Source: an uncultured Eubacteriales bacterium | Lineage (GTDB): Bacteria; Bacillota; Clostridia; Monoglobales; CAYZNM01 | Direction of reading: 5' to 3' | DNA length: 64,000 bases | Assembly: GCA_964479875.1 (NCBI GenBank) | Contig: CAYZNM010000016.1 | Location: forward strand, 412-64,411 | Part shown: in pieces, positions 46,201-53,713 of the stretch | Layout of the letters: the number at the start of each line of letters is the position of its first letter | How positions within the stretch are numbered: position 1 is the stretch's first letter | Made by a program: the position numbers and the translations under genes | Notes under the pieces: generated by a model | What the model was told of the DNA's origin: nothing | Database searches by the model: none | What the model saw: the letters and a program-made list of their open reading frames with translations, nothing else

Positions 46201-48101
46201 TAAACTCTGTTTTGGCGTGTAACCTCGCCGATGATTTTTAGGCAATCGCTGATAAGCTCGTCAAAATTTACCGTGCCGTCGTAGGATAGCAGCTTTTTGG
46301 CGATGTCGTTTACGCTAAGCAGCATAGCGTCCTGCTGCTGCAAGTTCTCTGTGCGTTTTTCAACTTCGATTTCTAAAACGGCGCGCTGCTTTTCAAGATT
46401 CTTGTTAAGACGCCTGTTCTTTACAAGTAAAACGCATACGATTACAAAAATAACCACCAGAATAATTACGGCAACAAGAAAATAAGGCATCATGTCGGTA
46501 AGCAGCTTGTTGTCGTAATCGAAAACCTTGCGCTTCCAACGCTGCGATAAATCTTCGGTGTCTATAAGCTTTTGCGCCTTGTTTATGATTGATGATAAGG
46601 TTTTTTCTTCTATATTAAAGCCAAAGTATGAATCGGAGGCGTAGTTGAACACGATGTTCGCTTTGTAGCCGGGGATTTCCATGAAATTGGTAATGTGCAG
46701 CAGAAGATTCTGCGACGCCATGAGCAGGTCTATCTCGTTTGAGTTGAGGGCGCGATATGCTTCCTCTGTCGTTTTGTATGTATGCACATTGATTTTGCTG
46801 GGAAACCACTCTGCGAATACATCGGCATATGCCGTGCCTTCGATTACGCCTACCTTTGCGTAAAGCACTTGGTTTATGTCGAGGTAGGGATAGTCTGCCT
46901 TGGATACCAACGCGTAGTTGTCCTCGCAGTAAGGCTCATCTGTCCAAAGAAAGCGGCCTTGGCGATGCTCTGACTTGATTAACTCTGTGACAAACGAGTA
47001 TTTGCCGCTTTCAAGGTTGGCTAAAATGCCTACCCAATCCTCCGGCGATTTGCTGCCCGGCGCAAACTTTAAGCCCGTGAGCTTTGATATATCAGATAGT
47101 ATATCAATAGATATGCCTTGATATTGCTTGCTCTTGGAATTGTAAAACGCAGCGGGATAGTTATCGGAGTCCACGCCGAATACTACTGCGGTGTCGTCGC
47201 TGTTATGGCTTGCGATGTACTCCTTTTCGGCTTGGGTGAGCCGCGTCCACAGCACATTTTGCTTGTGACTATTTAAGCCTGCGTTGTACATGTCTGCAAG
47301 CTCATTGTCGCCGCCGCTTCGCAAAAACTTGTTGATTATAGCTATGATTGGTTCAAGCTCGCTATCAAATGCAGTCATCGAAACAGGCGAATAAATCAGA
47401 GGATAGAAATCCTCCGACTTAATCATGTCGTATTCGTTGCTCTCGAAAAGTACGTCGCTTATGCTTTCCTCGATATAGGCGTCGATTTCTCCTGCACGCA
47501 AGGCTTCGGCGATTGTGTATTCATCCTTGTAGAACACTGCTTCGTGCGGCTGATTCCAATTTTCTTCTACTATATTATAGGTGTTGCTTCCGTCTAGGAA
47601 TGCGCATTTTATGGTGCGTGATTTTGCTATGTCTTGAAGGTTTACGGCGTCGGCGTTGTAGTAGATTTTGATTTCGCGCTGGATTATCGGGTCGGTCATG
47701 CGGTAGATTTCGCGACGTTCAGGCGTTGGTGTAAGCTCGCCTGTGAAGTCGATTTCGCCTTGCTGCAGCCCTGTGATAAGCTCATCCCAGCTATATAGTA
47801 CAGGCGTAAACGGAATGCCGAACAGTTCTGTTAAACGTTCGCAAAATAAAGCGGCAAAGCCGCCTATGCTTCCATCGTCCTGCACAAACGCTTCATTGGT
47901 AAGATTCACGCCGTAGACAAATGAATCGTGGCGCTGCATAACCTCATTTGCCGCGGCAATCTCCGCATCTGTAACTCCCGGAATCTCACTAAGCGTCAAA
48001 TAGTGCGGCGCGGATTTTAATGTACTGCTTGGCGCGTTAAAACAGCCGCTTAGTACTACAAGGCAAAGTGCAAGCAAAGCGGCTATCCGGCAGCTCCTCA
48101 T
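43266..48101 (-). CDS. Hybrid sensor histidine kinase (2 SBP/Venus-flytrap domains, TM, GAF, PAS, HisKA, HATPase, pseudo-REC, REC, Hpt)
   Basis: H-box MSHEIRTPMN, N-box LLSNAVKYT, DTGIGI, GTGLGLAI, REC (VDD, FMDHMMP, LTAN, AKP) and Hpt HVHALKSA; N-terminal LSGC lipobox-like sequence. Confidence 0.93.
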   Translation of the reverse strand: MRSCRIAALLALCLVVLSGCFNAPSSTLKSAPHYLTLSEIPGVTDAEIAAANEVMQRHDSFVYGVNLTNEAFVQDDGSIGGFAALFCERLTELFGIPFTPVLYSWDELITGLQQGEIDFTGELTPTPERREIYRMTDPIIQREIKIYYNADAVNLQDIAKSRTIKCAFLDGSNTYNIVEENWNQPHEAVFYKDEYTIAEALRAGEIDAYIEESISDVLFESNEYDMIKSEDFYPLIYSPVSMTAFDSELEPIIAIINKFLRSGGDNELADMYNAGLNSHKQNVLWTRLTQAEKEYIASHNSDDTAVVFGVDSDNYPAAFYNSKSKQYQGISIDILSDISKLTGLKFAPGSKSPEDWVGILANLESGKYSFVTELIKSEHRQGRFLWTDEPYCEDNYALVSKADYPYLDINQVLYAKVGVIEGTAYADVFAEWFPSKINVHTYKTTEEAYRALNSNEIDLLMASQNLLLHITNFMEIPGYKANIVFNYASDSYFGFNIEEKTLSSIINKAQKLIDTEDLSQRWKRKVFDYDNKLLTDMMPYFLVAVIILVVIFVIVCVLLVKNRRLNKNLEKQRAVLEIEVEKRTENLQQQDAMLLSVNDIAKKLLSYDGTVNFDELISDCLKIIGEVTRQNRVYVWKDFVSKDGVACCSQVYEITNGVSSVQNMEELELVPYETLPNFLKALKNGTCLNSLVADLHETERSILEPQGIKSILIAPIRINNENWGFIGIDDCENYVTFTDLEENMLQMSGFLVASAITRKQTQDDMREMEERANLMLNSTPIGCSLLDVNLNFIDCNDALVKMFDLSSRQEFITRFLELSPPYLPDGRLTPVVMREILQKAANAGYLRFEWTHQKLNGEQIPVEITLVKIKYKNSHILAAYLRDLREFKAMLSEITQAEENLRIARDEALANSKAKTEFLAKMSHEIRTPMNAIVGMSELVLREQIPPAAREHILEIKQAGANLLSIINDILDLTKIESGKMEIIESDYIFTSLINDVVSIIRIRVMDKPLLFAANIDSNLPNLLFGDEIRVRQILLNLLSNAVKYTKEGHIIFNVSGEIADDNTVNLRFEIIDTGIGIKEEDIAGLFGEFVQVDINKNKGVEGTGLGLAITRNLCKAMGGDVTVSSVYGEGSVFTATLPQGYTSQEQLAEVQDPQSHNVLIYEPRNVYAQSLTQTLTNLNVRCSSVATQSEYHEAIKQNQYDYVLTPSFLYDTANDTLTNLGITAQLVVLVGYGETTVHPDIRSIAMPAYCVSIANLLNNTSDSGYNEDTDIHFTAPSAKILIVDDISTNLKVAEGLMAPYQMQIDLCESGIEAIELVKQNKYDIVFMDHMMPQMNGIDATIAIRAIDMESCKNAIIIALTANAVSGMKEMFLSNGFNDFLAKPIEIKKLNEILDKWIPKEKKQKYVAKENSGAEQIFEIENVDVSHGVAMTGGTVDNYLKILATFHKDGAAKLRDLSDCLRSGDIQLYTTHVHALKSALGSIGARDLSDKAKALEYAGKREDTSFIQSNNAAFIDSLTSLLQNISYVIAADDKSGGTIEGDTLFDELTKLRESLDSMDTVTAHQIINTLSSMNLDQSASAAIDQIAEHILMSDFDEAIEIIDSMLSEANA

Positions 48102-49189
48102 ACAAAACTCTCCTCGCGTATCGTTTCGGATATTTCTTTAAACTCACCTGCCACGACAAGGAATATTTCTATGAGCTTCGGGTCGAAATGCTTGCCGCTT
48201 CCTGCTGTGATTATGTTAACCGCTTCCTCGTGGGTGAAGGCTTTTTTGTAGGGGCGCTCGGATATGAGCGCGTCGTATACGTCGGCGATTGCCATGAGCC
48301 TGCCTTGCAGCGGAATGTTTTCGCCTGCAAGCCCTAGGGGGTAGCCACTTCCGTCCCACTTTTCGTGGTGCGTCACAGCGAGTATTCGCGCGTGTTCTAG
48401 AAAATCGTCCTCGACTGCGCTTTTGCTTATCTTTTCGATAATGCGTTCGCCGAAGGTTGTGTGCTCCTTCATTTCCTCAAACTCATCTTCGGTGAGCTTT
48501 GCGTTCTTGCGAAGGATTCCGTCTTTGATTGCGATTTTTCCTACGTCATGAAGCTGCGCCGATTGCAGGAACACTTCCATGTCCCACTTTTCGATGATGT
48601 CGCGGTAAATGCCTACTTCAAGCAGCTTGCTTGTGAGGATTCGCAGATAATTTTGCGTGCGCTCAATGTGTGCGCCTGTAATGTCGTCGCGGCACTCCAC
48701 AAGCTCCGCGACCGTTTTAAGTATCGCGTTTTGCAGCGCGACAACAGTCCTCGTCTTTTCGATAACCATTTCCATCAGGTTATCGCTGTAGTTCTTAAGC
48801 TCCTCCTTTTGCTCCTCAACCAAGAGGTGTACCTCAATCCTCTTAAGCAAAAGCGGAGGAGAAAACGGCTTCGTTATGTAGTCTATCGCGCCGAGGGACA
48901 AGCCCTCAAGCTCGCTCGCGGTATCTGTTTTCGCCGTTAAAAAGATTATGGGAACCTGCTCAAGCCCTTCGGTACTCTTGATTATCTTGCACGCTTCGTA
49001 TCCATTTATTCCCGGCATTTCAACATCAAGCAATATCAAGTCCGGCACAATCTTTTCAAGCAGCTTCAACAGCTTTTCGCCTGACGGAATCGTAAAAACG
49101 TTGTATTTACCTATTAACGCATTTTTCCCAATCGTTAGATTTGTAACATTATCATCTACCAAAAAAATATTCTTTTGACCAACACTCAT
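48098..49189 (-). CDS. RpfG-like response regulator (REC + HD-GYP c-di-GMP phosphodiesterase)
   Basis: REC (LVDD, LLDVEMP, LTA, TKP); HIERT, LHDVGKI, HHEKWDGSGYP.GL.GENIP and ADVYDAL..RPYK. Confidence 0.94.
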   Translation of the reverse strand: MSVGQKNIFLVDDNVTNLTIGKNALIGKYNVFTIPSGEKLLKLLEKIVPDLILLDVEMPGINGYEACKIIKSTEGLEQVPIIFLTAKTDTASELEGLSLGAIDYITKPFSPPLLLKRIEVHLLVEEQKEELKNYSDNLMEMVIEKTRTVVALQNAILKTVAELVECRDDITGAHIERTQNYLRILTSKLLEVGIYRDIIEKWDMEVFLQSAQLHDVGKIAIKDGILRKNAKLTEDEFEEMKEHTTFGERIIEKISKSAVEDDFLEHARILAVTHHEKWDGSGYPLGLAGENIPLQGRLMAIADVYDALISERPYKKAFTHEEAVNIITAGSGKHFDPKLIEIFLVVAGEFKEISETIREESFV

Positions 49190-49228
49190 ATCATCACCCG
49201 CATTTATATGTTCTAATTTATATAAAGC

Positions 49229-49257
49229 ATTATATCATTAATATGGAATAAATGCAA
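49229..49257 (-). promoter_or_regulatory. sigmaA-type promoter of RR-HK-rhodanese operon
   Basis: TTGCAT (49257-49252), 17 bp, TATAAT (49234-49229). Confidence 0.65.
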
Positions 49258-49265
49258 CATTTATT

Positions 49266-49345
49266 GTAGGGGCGTGCTATTAGCGCGTCCGTGTGTTTAT
49301 CGCTAATGTGCGAGTAATCCACGGACGCGCAATGCGCGCCCCTAC
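49266..49345. repeat. REPIN-like doublet of inverted GTAG REPs
   Basis: GTAGGGGCGTGCTATTAGCGCGTCCG ... CGGACGCGCAATGCGCGCCCCTAC, with flanking ATT/AAT also paired. Confidence 0.8.
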
Positions 49346-49352
49346 AATTGTT

Positions 49353-50528
49353 TTACCACTTTATATCCCAGCGTGAACTTCGCTCTCCTTGAGAATTGCT
49401 TGTTGTGTCGTCCGACTGCTTGATTGAGGAAGCGGCGGCTTTTTCTTGAAGCAGCTTGCAGAATAAATCCTTGTCGAGGGGGAGCTGTATGCGCTGACCT
49501 GTCCAGCTTGAAAGGTGGATTGCGTTGGAGATTGTCAGTCCGTTTATGCCTTCGTAGCCGGGGGCGATTAGCTTTTCGCCGTGGAGAATTGCGTTGGTGA
49601 AGTTTTGCAGGATTCCGTCGTGGCCTGTTTCTATGCCGTCCGGCTTTAGCTCGTTTACGGTGTGAGGGATTTGGCTAAAGCTTGCGGTTTCTGTGAAGCA
49701 GAATTCGCGTTCGGCTTGCTGTAATTCCGTGAATATTAGTTTGCCGTGTTCTATTACCAGCTTGCCTTTGTCGCCGCAGATTTCTAGGCGATTTGTTCCG
49801 GGATATTCGCCTGTGGATGTGATAAATGCGCCTGTTGCGCCGTTTTCATACTCGACAAAGGCGGTCACGTCGTCCTCTACCTCTATGTTGTGGTATTTTC
49901 CGTAGTAGCAATAGCCTGTGATTGCCGTGGGCATACCCGATATCCACTGCCACAGGTCGAGGTTGTGCGGAGCTTGGTTGAGCAATACGCCGCCGCCTTC
50001 GCCTGCCCATGTTGCGCGCCAGCTTCCGCTGTCGTAGTAGGCTTGGGTGCGATACCAATTTGTGATAATCCACACGCTGCGCTTTAGTTGACCCAACTTG
50101 CCGCTTTCCACTAACTCCTTGGCTTTCCTGTAAATGGGATTGGTGCGTTGATTGTACATTATGCAGAAGATTTTGCCGGAATCGGCAGCGGCTTGGTTCA
50201 TCTCCTCGACTTGCTTTGTGAATACTCCGGCCGGCTTTTCGGTGAGTACGTGCAATCCCTTGGAAAATGCTTCCACAGCCATGGGGCAGTGGTAGTAGTG
50301 CGGTGTCGCGATAATTACGGCGTCGAGGTGGGCGTTGTTTAGCATGTCCGCGTAATCGTCGTAGCGTGCAACTCCCGGCAATGCGTCGTTCGCCCAATCA
50401 AGCTTTGCTTCGCTTATATCGCATACGGCGGCAAGCTCCATGCCTTTTATTTTTCCTGCGCAAATACTCGCCGCGTGAGATGAGCCTACGTTGCCTATTC
50501 CAACTATTCCAACTTTTGCCTTATTCAT
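49353..50528 (-). CDS. Gfo/Idh/MocA family oxidoreductase
   Basis: VGIVGIGNVG, IATPHYYH, LTEKPAG and GGGVLLNQAPHNLD. Confidence 0.93.
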   Translation of the reverse strand: MNKAKVGIVGIGNVGSSHAASICAGKIKGMELAAVCDISEAKLDWANDALPGVARYDDYADMLNNAHLDAVIIATPHYYHCPMAVEAFSKGLHVLTEKPAGVFTKQVEEMNQAAADSGKIFCIMYNQRTNPIYRKAKELVESGKLGQLKRSVWIITNWYRTQAYYDSGSWRATWAGEGGGVLLNQAPHNLDLWQWISGMPTAITGYCYYGKYHNIEVEDDVTAFVEYENGATGAFITSTGEYPGTNRLEICGDKGKLVIEHGKLIFTELQQAEREFCFTETASFSQIPHTVNELKPDGIETGHDGILQNFTNAILHGEKLIAPGYEGINGLTISNAIHLSSWTGQRIQLPLDKDLFCKLLQEKAAASSIKQSDDTTSNSQGERSSRWDIKW

Positions 50529-51375
50529 ATCGAAGCTCCTTTTTGTCGAGAGTGTTTTTTAGTGCAGATACGGCGGCGGCGAATGCTTCGGCTTGGGTAG
50601 CGTATATATGGCTATGCCGCAGTTCCTCGTGCTGCAATGATGCAAGTCCGTCGAAAACTGAAAGGTGCGGCTCTAGCGATAGCACGCACTGTTTGTTGTG
50701 CGTGTTAAGCAGCTGCAGCATTCCTGCTATGTTGCCGCTTCCGCCGCCGCACGGCATTATCTCGCGCGTTGCTATGTCCGCGTCCTTGATGTGCATGTAG
50801 GTCACATAAGGCAGCAGCTCGGCGAAAAACTCAAACGGCGATTCGCCGCACATTATATAATTCGCCGCGTCAAAAACGCAGCCAACGCCTGTATTCTTGT
50901 GTATATCAAGGCAACGCTCGAACGTGTCGCCGTAGATTCCCTGCTCATTCTCGTGGCAGCACAAAATGCCTTGCTTCTGCGATTCATTAGAAAGCCAATC
51001 AAGCCGCCGCAATACTTCGTCGCGATATGCCGCTTTTTGGCAGTCGTCCATGTAAAAACTGAACATGCGTATCTTATCGGTGCAAAGCAGCTTTGCAGCA
51101 GACAAAGCCTTCGCAAAACGCTCCTTTGTAGCTTGAAAATCCTCCGCAATATCAATCTTGCCGATAGGCGAACCTATCGCCGACACCGATATTCCGCTAT
51201 CGCGAATCTGTTGTGCGATTGCTTCAAGCTCGCCTTCGGTTTTATCGATTATGTTAACTCCATCTATGCCGCGCACTTCTATTTGCTTGATTCCGTGCAG
51301 CTTTAGCGCGGCAAGCTGTCCGCTTAAATCCCGCGCGGCTTCGTCTGCGAATGCTGATAGTGTAAATTTTGACAT
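50521..51375 (-). CDS. Sugar-phosphate isomerase/epimerase (AP endonuclease 2 TIM barrel)
   Basis: SAFADE, SAIGSPIGK, CHENE..IYG, VFD.AN, YMHIKD and LEPHL. Confidence 0.88.
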   Translation of the reverse strand: MSKFTLSAFADEAARDLSGQLAALKLHGIKQIEVRGIDGVNIIDKTEGELEAIAQQIRDSGISVSAIGSPIGKIDIAEDFQATKERFAKALSAAKLLCTDKIRMFSFYMDDCQKAAYRDEVLRRLDWLSNESQKQGILCCHENEQGIYGDTFERCLDIHKNTGVGCVFDAANYIMCGESPFEFFAELLPYVTYMHIKDADIATREIMPCGGGSGNIAGMLQLLNTHNKQCVLSLEPHLSVFDGLASLQHEELRHSHIYATQAEAFAAAVSALKNTLDKKELRYE

Positions 51376-51409
51376 GCAGCCCCCGATTATATGTTCTATA
51401 TTATAACAC

Positions 51410-52174
51410 CTACTGCATATTCCAGCCTGCGCGGTTTATGTTAACTATGCTCTGCTTCAAGCACTGCATAGGCGAAAACGCAGGGCAGTCGTCGACCTCA
51501 ACGAAAGCATACTTCACGCCTGCACCCTCGCACGCAAACAAAATCTCTTCCCAGCACAAATTCCCCTCAAGAATCGGCACAGGAGTGTTCACTCCGTCGA
51601 TAACAGCCACATCTTTAAAGTGGCACACATCAACCCTGCCACGCAGCATTTCAAACTGCCGCACGACATTCCTTCCGCCTAACTGCGTCCAATATGTGTC
51701 AAGCGTAAACCCCATAAGCTCCGGCGCAGTTTCATCGGCCAAAATATCAAGCATAACCCTTTTGCACAGCTTCTCATACTCGAACGCGTGATTGTGATAA
51801 TAAAACTTCATACCCTTTTCCGCAATCAAATTCATAGCGGGTGTAAAATCAGCTATAAATCCACGCACGGCCTCAATCGAGCCGCGATACATATCCGGCA
51901 TCGCACCAAGCCCAATGCGCTTGCAGCCGATAACCTCATGCTCCGCAATCAGATTCTTTGTATCCTCCAAAATCCGCTGCGGCGAATTATGCGTAAGCTC
52001 AATCTTAAGTCCGTATCTATCCGCGCATTCCCTCAAAAAAGCAGGCTCATACGTAAAGCCCGAGGCCTGAATCGCAGTATAACCCATCTCGGCAATTTTC
52101 TTTAGTGACTCGTCGATCCCTTCGTCAGATTGCATTAATGCTCTCACAGTATAGCATTGTGCACCTAAAACCAT
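51410..52174 (-). CDS. Sugar-phosphate isomerase/epimerase (IolE-like TIM barrel)
   Basis: GAQCYTVR, YHNHAFEY, LDTYW and CHFKD motifs. Confidence 0.88.
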   Translation of the reverse strand: MVLGAQCYTVRALMQSDEGIDESLKKIAEMGYTAIQASGFTYEPAFLRECADRYGLKIELTHNSPQRILEDTKNLIAEHEVIGCKRIGLGAMPDMYRGSIEAVRGFIADFTPAMNLIAEKGMKFYYHNHAFEYEKLCKRVMLDILADETAPELMGFTLDTYWTQLGGRNVVRQFEMLRGRVDVCHFKDVAVIDGVNTPVPILEGNLCWEEILFACEGAGVKYAFVEVDDCPAFSPMQCLKQSIVNINRAGWNMQ

Positions 52175-52184
52175 TCTGCCTCCG

Positions 52185-53471
52185 TTACATCTCGCCCTCT
52201 TTATAAACAGAAAAGCTGTTTCTGCCGCTTTTCTTAGCGTTGTACAACGCCTTGTCGGCGAACTCTATATACTTTTGTTCGGTTTCCTTGTTGCTCGATT
52301 CCGGTACGCCGGAGTATATCCCTTGCGATACGCTGACATAATGCCCGGCCGTGCTGAATTCATGTGGAATGAACAGGTTGTTTATCGTATTCTTTATCTT
52401 TTCCGCAACGTATTTTGCTCCCCATATATCTGTATTCGACAGCAGTACAATTATTTCCTCGCCGCCGTACCTGCACACGATGTCTGTATTCTGCCGCAGC
52501 ACTGATGAAACTACCTTTGAAATCTTTATCAGCACCTCATCACCCTGCTGATGTCCGTAGTGGTCGTTGTAATTCTTAAAGCAGTCCACGTCAATCATTA
52601 TCGCAGACAGCGGAACATGCTTTCGGTAATGCTCGCGCACAAGACGCGGCAATACGTTGTCGAGGAATCGCCTGTTGTTCAGGGTCGTCAACGGGTCGGT
52701 ATTGGCTTCCTCGCTGCTTCTGCGGTATTTTTTAAGGTATATTATAATGTATGCGACCGTTAGAACGATAGTAGGCAGCAAATAAACAAATGTAAAGGCG
52801 TTGCGGATATTCGCAGTGTGGCTCTGGAAGCCTTCAAAATAAATGTCAACTCCGAGCATTCCCACAAACGTTCCTTCGACGGTGTAAAAAGGAACAAGCC
52901 CTGTAAAGGCGTGACCATATTCGTCGTTCGTGACAACGTAGGTTGTTTTTCGCGCATCATAAGCTGCGATATCCCCGCCGCGCATTAAGGAGTATCTGTT
53001 TACATCATCATAATACCCCGGATTATTCTCCGCTTCATAACGCTCATCTGAATTAATAATAACATCTGTCAGCCAAAAAAGATTGAGAGGTGTACCTGCG
53101 GGAGCCATGTAGTGGCCTGCTGTCGATTCATCTACATAATACTTAATCTCGTCGCCGTTCAGCTTTTGCATTATATAGGTATATTTAAAGTCCTGGCTGT
53201 AGCTTCCGCCTTCGAAAAGCTTGTTTAAGCGAACGTTCGCAGGGTGCTTGCGAACATCGTCAAACGGAAGCGCGCGAAGCTCCTCCACCTCGCTGTCGGT
53301 CAGGTAATAGCTGCGCGACGCAATCTCGGCAATATCCATAGCCTTTGTGCCAAGCGTCTTGTAATACTCGCTCGTAACCCAACCTGTAATTTGATATATT
53401 GTATAAACGCCAATTGCAATATACAGAAGTATCGCAATAAACAGCAGTTGATACTGTATTTTTTTTAACAT
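52185..53471 (-). CDS. Membrane-anchored diguanylate cyclase (extracellular sensor + GGDEF)
   Basis: Start MLKKIQY; two TMs flanking an extracellular domain; DPLT.LNNRR, MIDVDCFK.YND.YGH..GD, RYGGEEI and ADKALY.AK.SGRN. Confidence 0.92.
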   Translation of the reverse strand: MLKKIQYQLLFIAILLYIAIGVYTIYQITGWVTSEYYKTLGTKAMDIAEIASRSYYLTDSEVEELRALPFDDVRKHPANVRLNKLFEGGSYSQDFKYTYIMQKLNGDEIKYYVDESTAGHYMAPAGTPLNLFWLTDVIINSDERYEAENNPGYYDDVNRYSLMRGGDIAAYDARKTTYVVTNDEYGHAFTGLVPFYTVEGTFVGMLGVDIYFEGFQSHTANIRNAFTFVYLLPTIVLTVAYIIIYLKKYRRSSEEANTDPLTTLNNRRFLDNVLPRLVREHYRKHVPLSAIMIDVDCFKNYNDHYGHQQGDEVLIKISKVVSSVLRQNTDIVCRYGGEEIIVLLSNTDIWGAKYVAEKIKNTINNLFIPHEFSTAGHYVSVSQGIYSGVPESSNKETEQKYIEFADKALYNAKKSGRNSFSVYKEGEM

Positions 53472-53581
53472 ACCCTTGCTCCCTCGATTATGTATACAGA
53501 AGCGGCGGCCCCGTAGTACAATTTTGTTAACGATTGATAAACTCGATATATTATAGTCAAAGCCATTTATAAACGTGAGCA

Positions 53582-53654
53582 AGTCAATCGCGTTTCTTTG
53601 ATTATACCTGCATCCGTCTTAATTCTGTAGTCACGGAGTGAAACGCGATTGACT
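53582..53654. repeat. 73-bp palindromic element, copy A
   Basis: AGTCAATCGCGTTTC-N43-GAAACGCGATTGACT; homologous to 57938-58010 and 58359-58431. Confidence 0.85.
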
Positions 53655-53713
53655 ATATATGCAAGCGTTAATCTATTTTCGTGCGCGGGCGAACTCAAGT
53701 CCGCCCATTTTAT

